This document shows, in pieces, positions 1 through 9,905 of a stretch of DNA of 64,000 nucleotides. This DNA is from an uncultured Verrucomicrobiae bacterium (GTDB taxonomy: Bacteria > Verrucomicrobiota > Verrucomicrobiia > Chthoniobacterales > JAFAMB01): NCBI GenBank assembly GCA_963813025.1, contig CAWEXO010000013.1:672001-736000 (forward strand), written 5' to 3'. The notes under the pieces are model-generated. The model was not told where the DNA came from. It did not search any database and saw nothing but the letters and a program-made list of their open reading frames with translations. The translations under genes were made by a program, and so were the position numbers. Position 1 is the stretch's first letter. Each line of letters opens with the position of its first letter.

Positions 1-1681
1 GAGTTCCGAGAATATCACCAAGGTGCTCTACCCGAATGACGAGCTTGTCCAAGGCAAGATCCTCCGGCTGCAACAGCAGTTCTTTTTTGTCTCCTGTTCT
101 CTGCAGGACTTGTTGCGGGTGCACCAGGTGCGCGGTGGCCGGCCAGACAATTTCCACGAAAAGAATGCCGTTCAGCTCAACGATACGCATCCGGCCGTGG
201 CGGTGGCGGAACTGATGCGTCTGTTGCTCGATGAACATGAACTCGATTGGGACACTGCTTGGAAGGTGACCAGCCAAGCAATAGCCTACACCAACCACAC
301 TCTGCTCCCGGAAGCTTTGGAGAAATGGCCAGTCGAACTCTTCGGTCGCGTGCTTCCACGACACCTGGAAATCGTTTACGAAATCAACCAGCGTTTCCTT
401 CGCGAGGTGCGCGCCAAGTTTCCTGGCGATCAAGAACGGCTTGCCCGGATGTCGCTGATCGATGAAAGCGGACAGCGCTTTGTCCGCATGGCGAACCTGG
501 CAACGGTCGCCGCCTGCCGGGTGAACGGAGTCGCCCAGCTCCATTCAAACCTTCTCAAGAAAACCGTTCTCGCCGATTTCGCTGAGCTTTGGCCGGAAAA
601 ATTCTGTAATGTAACCAACGGAGTTAATCCGCGTCGTTTTGTCGGGGTCGGGAATCCAGCTCTCACTCAACTGATCACGGATCGCATCGGGGACGGCTGG
701 TTGTATGAACTTTGTGAACTGCGCAAGCTGGAACCTTTTGCCGAGGACGCGGATTTCCAGAGCCGTTGGCGAGATACTAAATTCGGCGATAAGCAAAAGT
801 TCGCAGGGCTGATCAAGGCGAGCACCGGGATCGAGGTCAATCCGCAGTCGATGTTCGATATCCTGGTGAAACGCATCCATGAGTACAAACGGCAGCACCT
901 GTGCGTCCTGCATATCCTGACGCTTTACTTGCGGCTTAAAAATAATCCACAAGCCGATTTTCCGCTCCGGACGTTCGTCATCGGGGGGAAGGCGGCGCCT
1001 GGCTATTTCATGGCGAAGCTGATTATTAAGCTGGTCAACGCAGTTTCTGCCTTCATCGAAAAAGATACCGCTGCCAAGGATCGGCTAAAGGTAGTTTTCT
1101 TTCCCGGCTTTAATGTCAAGACAGCACAGCATATTTATCCGGCTGCTGATCTTTCTGAACAAATTTCGACGGCCGGAAAAGAGGCATCCGGTACCGGAAA
1201 CATGAAGTTCGCCCTGAACGGTGCGCTGACGATCGGAACGCTTGATGGCGCGAATGTCGAGATTCGTGAGGAAGTAGGTGCCGAAAATTTTTTCTTGTTT
1301 GGCCTCACCGTCGAACAGGTGATGGAACTGCGATCGCACGGCTACCGGCCGCGCGATTATTACGACCAGAATTCAACATTGCGCGAAGTGCTTGACTTAA
1401 TCGCCTCTGGTGTGCTGAGCGGGGGCGACAAGGAACTTTTCCGGCCGATTGTCGACAATCTGCTCTGGCACGATCCATTTTTCCTGCTCGCCGATTATCA
1501 GGCCTATATCGACTGCCAGGACCAGGTGAATGCCCTTTGGGCTGATCAGTCGAATTGGACGCGCAAATCGATCCTGAACGTCGCGCGAATGGGCAAGTTT
1601 TCCGCGGACCGCTCAATCGACGATTACTGCGAGCAGATCTGGAAGGTGAAACCGGTTCACGTCCAGATGGATCAGCGCTAA
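1..1681 (+). CDS. glgP: Glycogen/starch phosphorylase, 5' truncated by window edge
   Basis: Motifs QLNDTHP, YTNHTL, KRIHEYKRQ and the PLP-lysine motif EASGTGNMKF; the frame is open to the left edge. Confidence 0.97.
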   Translation, partial: SSENITKVLYPNDELVQGKILRLQQQFFFVSCSLQDLLRVHQVRGGRPDNFHEKNAVQLNDTHPAVAVAELMRLLLDEHELDWDTAWKVTSQAIAYTNHTLLPEALEKWPVELFGRVLPRHLEIVYEINQRFLREVRAKFPGDQERLARMSLIDESGQRFVRMANLATVAACRVNGVAQLHSNLLKKTVLADFAELWPEKFCNVTNGVNPRRFVGVGNPALTQLITDRIGDGWLYELCELRKLEPFAEDADFQSRWRDTKFGDKQKFAGLIKASTGIEVNPQSMFDILVKRIHEYKRQHLCVLHILTLYLRLKNNPQADFPLRTFVIGGKAAPGYFMAKLIIKLVNAVSAFIEKDTAAKDRLKVVFFPGFNVKTAQHIYPAADLSEQISTAGKEASGTGNMKFALNGALTIGTLDGANVEIREEVGAENFFLFGLTVEQVMELRSHGYRPRDYYDQNSTLREVLDLIASGVLSGGDKELFRPIVDNLLWHDPFFLLADYQAYIDCQDQVNALWADQSNWTRKSILNVARMGKFSADRSIDDYCEQIWKVKPVHVQMDQR

Positions 1682-1741
1682 AATAGCCCAATCCCAAAAC
1701 TGTCGAACCCCGAAGCGATTTGGTGAAGGGGAGGCGAACGA

Positions 1742-3897
1742 ATGTTTAGACGCGTCTGGCCTGGCCAACCTTATCCCTTGGGTGCGACCTGGGATGGAAT
1801 GGGGGTGAACTTTGCTCTGTTCTCGGAGAATGCGACCAAGGTGGAGCTTTGCCTCTTTGATTCCGCTGACGCCCAAGTCGAGACTATACGGATTGATTTG
1901 CCGTCGGTGACTAACCAGGTCTGGCACTGCTACCTTCCCGATACCAAGCCTGGGCAACTCTATGGTTATCGGGTGCATGGTCCGAATGCACCGCAGGAAG
2001 GTCATCGATTTAATCCCCATAAAATCCTGCTCGATCCCTATGCAAAAGCGATTGGCCGCGACCTGCAATGGAACGATGCCGTATATGGGTTTCCGCGCGG
2101 CTCGGCTGATGCCGGCGGCTTTGATGAACGGGACAGCGCTCCGTTCGCCCCGTTGGCGAGCGTCGCCGACGAAGCTTTCAGTTGGGGCGACGATCATCCA
2201 CTGCGGGGATACCCTGGCATAAGACCACTGTCTACGAGACCCACGTGAAAGGCTTTACGCGTCGACACCCGGATGTGCCAGAAGAGCTGCGCGGCACCTA
2301 TGCTGGGATGGCCTCTCCGGCGGTGATTCAATATCTTCGCGATCTAGGGGTAACGACCGTCGAGCTGTTGCCCATTCACTACCATATCGATGAGCAGTTT
2401 CTTGTAGACAAAGGACTGGTGAACTACTGGGGATATAACACCCTTGGGTATTTCGCGCCCGATCCGCGGTACGGCGCCACCGGATCGCTGCGGGCCGCGC
2501 AGGAATTCAAGTCGATGGTCCGGACTCTCCATTACGAGGGGCTGGAAATCATTCTTGATGTTGTCTACAATCATACGGCCGAGGGAAATTATGAGGGTCC
2601 CACGTTGTCAATGCGCGGCATCGATAACGCCTCTTATTATCGTCTGGCGGACGACCGTCGACATTACATCGATTTTACTGGTTGCGGCAATACGCTCAAT
2701 GTGGGGAATCCGCATGCGCTGCAGCTCATCATGGATAGTCTGCGCTACTGGCTGCTGGAGATGCATGTCGACGGCTTCCGGTTTGACTTGGCGACCGCCT
2801 TGGCTCGTGACGTTTGGCATGTCGATCGCCTGGCCGCTTTCTTTGACATCATTCATCAGGACCCGGTGATTTCGCAGACGAAGCTGATGGCAGAGCCCTG
2901 GGATCTCGGTCCCAACGGCTATCAGGTTGGCAACTTCCCAGTGCTGTGGACGGAATGGAACGGGAAGTATCGCGATTGCATCAGACGCTTTTGGAAAGGC
3001 GATGGCGGCAAGATTGGAGAGCTGGCCAGCCGCCTATCCGGCAGCAGCGATCTTTACGAACATAATGGTCGCCGCCCCAGCGCGAGCCTGAATTTTATAA
3101 CTTGCCACGATGGCTTCACCCTCCGCGATCTCGTCAGCTACAATCAGAAACATAATGAAGCTAACGGCGAACAGAATCGTGATGGCAACAATAACAATAT
3201 GAGTTGGAACTGCGGAGTCGAAGGACCGACTACCAACCCAACGATCAATGCATTGCGGCAGCGGCAGCAGCGGAACTTTCTCGCCACTCTGTTTTTGTCC
3301 CAAGGTGTACCCATGCTCCTCGCCGGAGACGAATTTGGTCACACGCAAAACGGTAACAACAATGCATATTGTCAGGATTCCGAGCTCTCCTGGATCAACT
3401 GGGAACTTTCTGCCGAGCAAAAGGATCTATTCGAATTTGTGCGGAAGCTCATTTGTCTGCGCAAAGAAAATCCAGTCTTTCGTCGCCGGCATTTTTTCCA
3501 AGGCAGGCCGATTCACGGTCTTGACGTCAAGGATCTCTATTGGCTTACACCGAATGGAACCGAGATGGGAGATGCCGACTGGAACAAAGGACACGCTCGC
3601 TGCCTAGGCATGGGCTTGATGGGCAAGCAAATAGACGAAACGGACGCGCACGGTCAGCGTATCGTGGGCGAATCTTTCCTCGTTCTTTTCAATGCGGAGG
3701 ACGACTTAGTGACGTTCCGCCTTGGTGGACGCGCCGGCGGGCTGGATTGGGACCTTGTCCTAGACACCGCGGACCCCGACGTAAAGATCCACCGCCTGCA
3801 GCATCTCAACGAATACGCGTTACAAGGCCGCTCGGTCGTGGTCTTACGTCTCAATCTAGCGGACGGCGCCCCCGCCCATTCAGAAGTTGGCACATGA
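1742..3897 (+). CDS. glgX: Glycogen debranching enzyme (GH13), split by one frameshift at the G run ~2205-2208
   Basis: ORF 1742-2248 has YPLGATWDG/NFALFS/LLDPYAK; ORF 2182-3897 has NYWGYNT, DVVYNH, DGFRFDLA, EPWD, HDGFTL; the join reads DHPLR/IPWHKT. Confidence 0.95.
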
Positions 3898-5153
3898 AGA
3901 TAAATAGTCTCGGCGAAGCCCGATTTCCTTCCCCTTTGTGGTACTCGGTTAGCGATGAGACCCGGCTCCCCGCGGAGATTGTTCGCGACCCAGGTGCTCT
4001 CGAGAGCGATGAAACGTCATTCGAGATCGCCGGACCTCGAGCAAAGTTATTTTTCGATCCAGGCCAGACCCGTGCGGGCATCGTGACTTGTGGCGGCTTA
4101 TGTCCTGGCCTGAACAACGTGATCCGGACGCTCTTTTTTGAACTCCGCCAAACCTATGGGGTGGCCGAAGTTTTAGGATTCCGGGGCGGTTATCAAGGCC
4201 TCGATCCGGTGCACGGGGCGGAGCCGTTCGTGCTGACGCGTGATTTTGTTGATCCGATTCATCATCATGGCGGCACGATCCTGGGCACTTCGCGCGGTCC
4301 GGTCGATATGGCGGTAGCGGTGGACAATCTTATCCGGCGGAAAGTGGATGTCCTGTTCACCATTGGCGGCGACGGCACCCAGCGCGGCGGCCACGAACTC
4401 TTTCAGCAATCCAGACAACGGGGCCACGCGCTCTCGGTGGTGGGCATTCCAAAAACGATCGACAACGATGTCGCGTTTGTGGAGCGCACTTTCGGCTATT
4501 TGACCGCCGTTGAGGAAGCGGTCAGGGTCCTTGACTGCGCCCATACTGAGGCACGCAGCGTTCACAACGGGATAGCTCTTGTAAAACTGATGGGCCGACA
4601 TGCGGGATTCATCGCGGCTGGAGCTACGGTAGCAAATCATGATGCGAATTTTACGCTGATCCCCGAGGTGCCTTTCAAGCTGGAGGGCAAGAATGGATTT
4701 CTTTCCGCGTTGAAAAAGCGCATTCTCGACCGGGCGCACGCGGTAGTTGTGGTGGCTGAAGGCGCCGGCCAGGAATTGCTTGAGGGCTCAACGGACCGGG
4801 ACGCGTCCGGAAACATCAAGTTGAAAGATATCGGGGTGTTCCTCCGCGGGCAGATCGAGACGTACTTCAGAGAGGCGAACATCCCGATCGTCATGCGGTA
4901 CTTCGATCCGAGCTATACGATTCGCAGCAGCCCGGCAAATGCGGCGGATTCGGTGCTCTGCGATTTTTATGCGCGCAACGCAGTACACGCCGCTATGGCT
5001 GGCAAGACGGGACTGGTCATCGGGTTGCTGCACGATTCCTATATACATATCCCAATCGAAATGCTCGCTAAGGAAAAAAAACATATCGATCCCAACGACA
5101 TCTGGTGGAACGCTGTTCTAGCGTCGACCGGCCAGCCCGCGCGCTTCGAATAG
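3894..5153 (+). CDS. pfkA: ATP-dependent 6-phosphofructokinase (group X-like)
   Basis: CGGLCPGLN, GGDGT, PKTIDND, MGR motifs; ATG at 3894 overlaps the glgX stop (ATGA). Confidence 0.93.
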   Translation: MKINSLGEARFPSPLWYSVSDETRLPAEIVRDPGALESDETSFEIAGPRAKLFFDPGQTRAGIVTCGGLCPGLNNVIRTLFFELRQTYGVAEVLGFRGGYQGLDPVHGAEPFVLTRDFVDPIHHHGGTILGTSRGPVDMAVAVDNLIRRKVDVLFTIGGDGTQRGGHELFQQSRQRGHALSVVGIPKTIDNDVAFVERTFGYLTAVEEAVRVLDCAHTEARSVHNGIALVKLMGRHAGFIAAGATVANHDANFTLIPEVPFKLEGKNGFLSALKKRILDRAHAVVVVAEGAGQELLEGSTDRDASGNIKLKDIGVFLRGQIETYFREANIPIVMRYFDPSYTIRSSPANAADSVLCDFYARNAVHAAMAGKTGLVIGLLHDSYIHIPIEMLAKEKKHIDPNDIWWNAVLASTGQPARFE

Positions 5154-5171
5154 CACAAGTCCTCGCCCCCT

Positions 5172-6161
5172 ATGAAAGTCAGCGTCTTCAGCACCAAACC
5201 TTACGACCGTCGTTTCCTGGAAGCAGCCAACACCGGGCATGCCTTCGAGTTTCACGATTTCCGGCTCGAACCCGATACGGCCAGCGCCGCGGCTGGTACC
5301 GAGGCGGTCTGTCCCTTTATCAATGACGATCTCTCAACGCCGACGCTCGAGAAATTGCACGCTCTTGGGATCAGACTGGTCGTTCTGCGCAGTTCGGGCT
5401 TCAACAATGTCAGCCTCGAGACTGCGACCAACCTCGGAATCAAGGTTCTGCGGGTTCCCGCCTACTCGCCCCACGCCGTAGCCGAGCACGCCCTTGCGCT
5501 CCTCATGACGCTCAACCGCAAGACCCATCGCGCCTACAATCGAGTGCGGGAGGGAAACTTTTCGCTCGAGGGCTTACTTGGCTTCGACATTAACGGCAAG
5601 ACGGTAGGTATCATCGGTACGGGCAAGATTGGGGTGCTTTTCGCTCACATACTCTCCGGCATGGGTTGCCGAGTGCTCGGGTTCGACCCCTTTGCTAATG
5701 ACGCGTTTCGTGAGGTCGGAGCATATGTTTCGCTGGATGATCTCTACGCATCCAGCGACATCATTAGCCTCCATTGCCCGCTTACCCCCGAAAGCCATCG
5801 GCTTATCAATCGGGAATCGCTCAAAAAGACCAAACGAGGTCTTGTTTTAATCAACACGAGCCGGGGCGCACTGGTAGACACCGAAGCGGCTATTGAAGCG
5901 CTCAAGAGCGGCCATCTAACGGCTCTGGGGCTCGATGTCTATGAAAAGGAAGAGGAACTGTTTTACGAGGATTTGTCTGACACAATCATTCAGGATGACG
6001 TGCTCCAGCTCCTGCTTTCCTTTCCCAATGTAATTGTCACTTCGCACCAGGCATTTTTTACCGACACCGCTCTTACCAACATTTCTCAGACAACAATACA
6101 GAACCTGGACGATTTTACAGCCGGCCGCCCTTCGCCAAACGAAGTGCACTTCAAGAAATAG
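5172..6161 (+). CDS. ldhA: NAD-dependent D-lactate dehydrogenase (2-hydroxyacid dehydrogenase)
   Basis: RVPAYSPHAVAEH, GTGKIG, LHCPLT, NTSRG, DVYE, SHQAFFT. Confidence 0.9.
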   Translation: MKVSVFSTKPYDRRFLEAANTGHAFEFHDFRLEPDTASAAAGTEAVCPFINDDLSTPTLEKLHALGIRLVVLRSSGFNNVSLETATNLGIKVLRVPAYSPHAVAEHALALLMTLNRKTHRAYNRVREGNFSLEGLLGFDINGKTVGIIGTGKIGVLFAHILSGMGCRVLGFDPFANDAFREVGAYVSLDDLYASSDIISLHCPLTPESHRLINRESLKKTKRGLVLINTSRGALVDTEAAIEALKSGHLTALGLDVYEKEEELFYEDLSDTIIQDDVLQLLLSFPNVIVTSHQAFFTDTALTNISQTTIQNLDDFTAGRPSPNEVHFKK

Positions 6162-6229
6162 GTGAGACCCGAATCCGGTCTAGGCCAGCACGAACAAATT
6201 CTCGCCACGGAGCAGCGGCGGTTCGGATC

Positions 6230-8032
6230 TCAGGCTGTTCGGGCATTCGCCAGCTCAAGAATTTTTCCGTGATACTCCTCGTACAGCGTGCTGTTATCCG
6301 GGCTATAATTAAGATTCTTAAAGAGGCCGGTCAGCTGAGTGAAGTAATCGCGCACCCCCGCCTTATCAGAAAAATTGTACTGACGGCCGATCAGATCCTG
6401 AATCAGGTCGAAGATTCTTTTCTGTCTTTCCAAAGGCGCGCTGGAATCGACCTTATCGAATGCGTCCTGCTGCAAATAGGCCATGTCGAGGAAAAGCGCC
6501 TTTTCGTAGGCCAGATAATCCTCGAGGCTGACGCCCTCTTCGCCCGTAACCTGCATCATTTGGGAGACACTGTTCCCGCGTTGCAGCAACTCCTGCATAG
6601 CCAGAACCCGATCAACCCAGTCCGGAGCGACGTTTTTTTCGAACCAGGGTCTCATTTGCGTCAGATAACGCGACCATGAAATGAGCGGATCAACCGCGGG
6701 ATAAAACCGTTTATAAGCGCGCTCATAACTTAACCCCAAAAATGTCTTTACCGTGGCCAGGGTGGATTGAGTAACGGGTTCCTCAAAATTTCCGCCTGCC
6801 GGCGAAACCGTTCCGATCAGCGTTAAACTGCCGACGCTGCCATCGTTGCTCTGAATCACCCCGGCCCGCTCGTAAACCCCTTTGATGGCCGAATCCAGAT
6901 AGGCTGGATACGATTCTTCGCCGGGAATCTCTTCCAGGCGGCCGGAGGTTTCCCGCATCGCCTGGGCCCAGCGGGAAGTTGAATCAGCGATCAAGAGGAC
7001 GTCACACCCCATTTGCCGATAATACTCTCCCAAAGTGATTCCGGTATAGATCGACGCTTCCCGGGCGGCCACCGGCATCGAAGACGTATTGCATATGATG
7101 ATGGTTCGCTCCATCAGCGACCTACCAGTCTTCGGATCGTTCAGCTTGGGGAATTCGGTGATTGTTTCAACCACCTCTCCGGCGCGTTCGCCGCAGGCAA
7201 CCACGACCACGACGTCAACCGCGGAGTGCCGGGAGATCAGGTTCTGCAGCACCGTCTTACCGGCGCCGAACGGCCCCGGAATGCAACCGGCGCCACCGCG
7301 CGCGATCGGAAAGAAGGTGTCGATGATGCGCTGGGTAGTTATGAGCGGTTTGTCAGGATAAAGACGCTCGGAGTGCCGCTGTTCCAGAAGATACTCGGCT
7401 AATGGGCGGCGCACCGGCCAAGCCTGCTGCATCGTAAGGATCCGTTCGTCACCGCGTTGATCTCGGATTCGGGCGATTGGCGTATCCACGGTGTGACTGC
7501 CACTCTGGAGCCAGAGCACGTCCACTTCTCCGATCTAATCGAACGGGACCATGATCTTGTGGGTGCACCGACCTTCGAGCACGGTTCCGAGAGTACTTCC
7601 GGCGACGACTCGGTCTCCGACTTTGACGCTCGGATTAAAGGGCCATTTCCTTTCCAGATCGAGGGGCGGAGCAACCACCCCACGGGGAAGAAAATTTCCG
7701 TATCCGGTAGCAAGATCGGCCAGCGGGTTCTGCAGCCCGTCATAGACTCTTCCAAGCAGCCCGGGGCCGAGGGTAACCGAAAGCAATCCTCCGGTCTGCT
7801 CGACCGGATCACCGATACCAACTCCTCGCGTACTCTCGAAAACTTGAGCATCGGCTTCCGTGCCGCGGACACGGAGCAACTCCGCTTTAAGCCGCTCGGT
7901 GTATTTTTCCGGTTGCCGGCGGGCGACGATGTAGACCACCTCATTCTTGATCAGCGGTTTTGGGCCGGCCCCGGTAGTCTTGATTGTTACAAGGCCCGCT
8001 TGGACAGCAACGATCTGAGCGCCTGCCGCCAT
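6230..8032 (-). CDS. atpA: V/A-type ATPase subunit A, interrupted by an in-frame TAG at 7535-7537
   Basis: Walker A GPFGAGKT, CGERAGE, NTSSMPVAARE, DSTSRWAQA; the ORFs ending at 7535 and starting at 7525 are in the same frame (VPFD*IGEVDVLW). Confidence 0.93.
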
Positions 8033-8042
8033 CGCCTCCGAA

Positions 8043-8732
8043 TCAGCCGGTCGTTGCTGGGAAGAGTTCTTTAAAGTTGCCGATGCCATCGTGGATAAGC
8101 GAGTTGAAGTGTTTGAGAGCGATTTCGCGAGTATAGTTGGCGCGCCGTTCGATGAGACTCCAGCGAAGGAAATAAAGCACAACCGCCGTAAAATCGAAGT
8201 AGTGTCCCTGGCTAAGTCGGGTAAACCGTTTCCAGAATTCGGCAAGAATGAAGCGCTCGAGCCCCCCCGGATCATCCCCTTCGAGGAGTTGCCTCCCCTC
8301 AGTTATCAAAGGGACCAATCCCTTGAGACCGAAATAGGGTTCGGCCCAATGTTTTTCAATCCTTTTAAGCCAGCGGCTATAGCCCCAATCGGGCTCGGTC
8401 GGCGGAGTGTTCTGGCCAAGCCGACGACGTCGGTAGGCGACACCGATCGTGCGTACATCCATCACGTATTGCACTGCCTCCTTCAGGGCCGGCGATTTCA
8501 GCTCATCCACCAAGGCTCTGGCCGAACGAACGATTTGTACGTCGGTCCATCCCCGGGGTTGTTTCGATCGTCGGATGAGCTTCTCGATTCGCGACAGCAG
8601 ATCTCTGTCCGATTCCGTCAGAAATCGGAATCTTCGCTTTATTTGCAGTTCCGAAGGCGGTTGCTGATGGCCGAAGAGGTCGCCCAGCGGCGGCAGACTG
8701 GCCATCAGCATGACGTACTGCGAGGCAGACAT
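8043..8732 (-). CDS. DUF2764-family V-ATPase-associated protein (probable subunit C analogue)
   Basis: N-terminal YVMLMASLPPL and C-terminal HYFDFTAVVLYFLRW; lies between subunits E and A. Confidence 0.75.
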   Translation of the reverse strand: MSASQYVMLMASLPPLGDLFGHQQPPSELQIKRRFRFLTESDRDLLSRIEKLIRRSKQPRGWTDVQIVRSARALVDELKSPALKEAVQYVMDVRTIGVAYRRRRLGQNTPPTEPDWGYSRWLKRIEKHWAEPYFGLKGLVPLITEGRQLLEGDDPGGLERFILAEFWKRFTRLSQGHYFDFTAVVLYFLRWSLIERRANYTREIALKHFNSLIHDGIGNFKELFPATTG

Positions 8733-8739
8733 GGTTCGT

Positions 8740-9441
8740 TTATTGGATGCCTTCGAGCAGCGCCCGAAACCGCGGTTGCAGATGTTGCAACAATAAATCG
8801 GTGATTACCTTATCGCTCAGATCCAGGTCGATCCCTTTGTCGGCCAAACGAATCTTGATTCCCGCTTTCAGGTCTCGACTGGTGGCAAGTGTAACACCCT
8901 CTCGCAAGAGGCCTCTCGATACCAAGGCGGCGAAGTGGCTTAGAGGGGCGTCCCGAACGGCAGCGGGGTCTCTGGTCAAAGTGTCGAGATCGATCGGCTT
9001 TTCCGGCAACAGGACCTCGACTTGCTTGGAGTTTTCCGCTTCTGCTCGAGCGCGCCCGCCGACTTCAAGAATGAGTTTTTCCAAAAGTTCCTGCCTTTGG
9101 ACCTCTTCGCGGACGAGTCGCCGCACCTCGCCGGCGAACCGTTGTTCGAGTTGATTTCGCAGGTCCAAAGCCGCGTCGCGAGCGGCCACCTGCAAAGCCT
9201 GGTGACCGGCAGCTTCCAGGCTGGCTGCCCCCTTGCGAGCGTTGCTCACGATCTGTTCGGCTTCTTCCTTGGCTTTAGTTTTGGTCGCCTTTGCCTCGGC
9301 TTGAGCCGCCTTAACGATGCGGTCTGCCTCAGCGCGCCCGTTGGCGACCCCCTCGCTGCGCAGCCGTTCGATTAGAGATTCAACCCCAAGCGCGACTTTG
9401 GCGTTACTCGAATCGGCGACCGGTTTTCCATCTTCTGCCAT
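8740..9441 (-). CDS. atpE: V/A-type ATPase subunit E
   Basis: GVESLIERLRSEGV coiled-coil N-terminus; C-terminus LQPRFRALLEG; AGAGGAG RBS before ATG 9441. Confidence 0.85.
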   Translation of the reverse strand: MAEDGKPVADSSNAKVALGVESLIERLRSEGVANGRAEADRIVKAAQAEAKATKTKAKEEAEQIVSNARKGAASLEAAGHQALQVAARDAALDLRNQLEQRFAGEVRRLVREEVQRQELLEKLILEVGGRARAEAENSKQVEVLLPEKPIDLDTLTRDPAAVRDAPLSHFAALVSRGLLREGVTLATSRDLKAGIKIRLADKGIDLDLSDKVITDLLLQHLQPRFRALLEGIQ

Positions 9442-9455
9442 TTTCGTATCTCCTC

Positions 9456-9905
9456 TCACTTCGCTGGCAGGCTTCCAGCCAGGACCAGCACAAAGATAAA
9501 CGTAAACACGCAGAAACCTTCCACCACAGCGGCGGGGGCAATCGACAGGCCGAAGATAGCCGGCTTTTCTTTCGAACCGGCTATCGCCGAAGCGAGCAGA
9601 TAACCTTGGTAGATGCCAAGTACAAGCAGCGCGATTCCCGCCCCAAGGCCGAGGACAAACAAACCTTCGGCCACCCCGGGTGTGATCGGCCGGTTCAGAG
9701 CGAACATCACGACAATGCCATAGATGATGTTGGACGAAGGCAAAATCGACAGACCGATATACCGGCCGTGACCGCCTTCCGTTTCCAGCATTGCGCCGAT
9801 CGCGGCTTGGCCGGCAATCGTACAGCCTATGCCGCTGCCAATACCACCCAAAACGACAGGGGAATAGAGGCCGATCCAGCCTAATATGTTCAGGAGTTCG
9901 TTCAT
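9456..9905 (-). CDS. atpK: V/A-type ATPase proteolipid subunit K (c), 4 TM
   Basis: Hydrophobic 149 aa; GSGIGC, PSSNIIYG and an essential Glu in AVVEG. Confidence 0.9.
   Translation of the reverse strand: MNELLNILGWIGLYSPVVLGGIGSGIGCTIAGQAAIGAMLETEGGHGRYIGLSILPSSNIIYGIVVMFALNRPITPGVAEGLFVLGLGAGIALLVLGIYQGYLLASAIAGSKEKPAIFGLSIAPAAVVEGFCVFTFIFVLVLAGSLPAK

Noticed and set aside
2205..2208. Programmed frameshifting or phase variation in glgX and other genes
   Set aside because: The runs are short and similar lesions occur across unrelated genes; sequencing error is simpler.
3540..3893. N-terminal extension of the 537-aa ORF
   Set aside because: It overlaps glgX in another frame; the ATG at 3894 gives a coupled PFK start.
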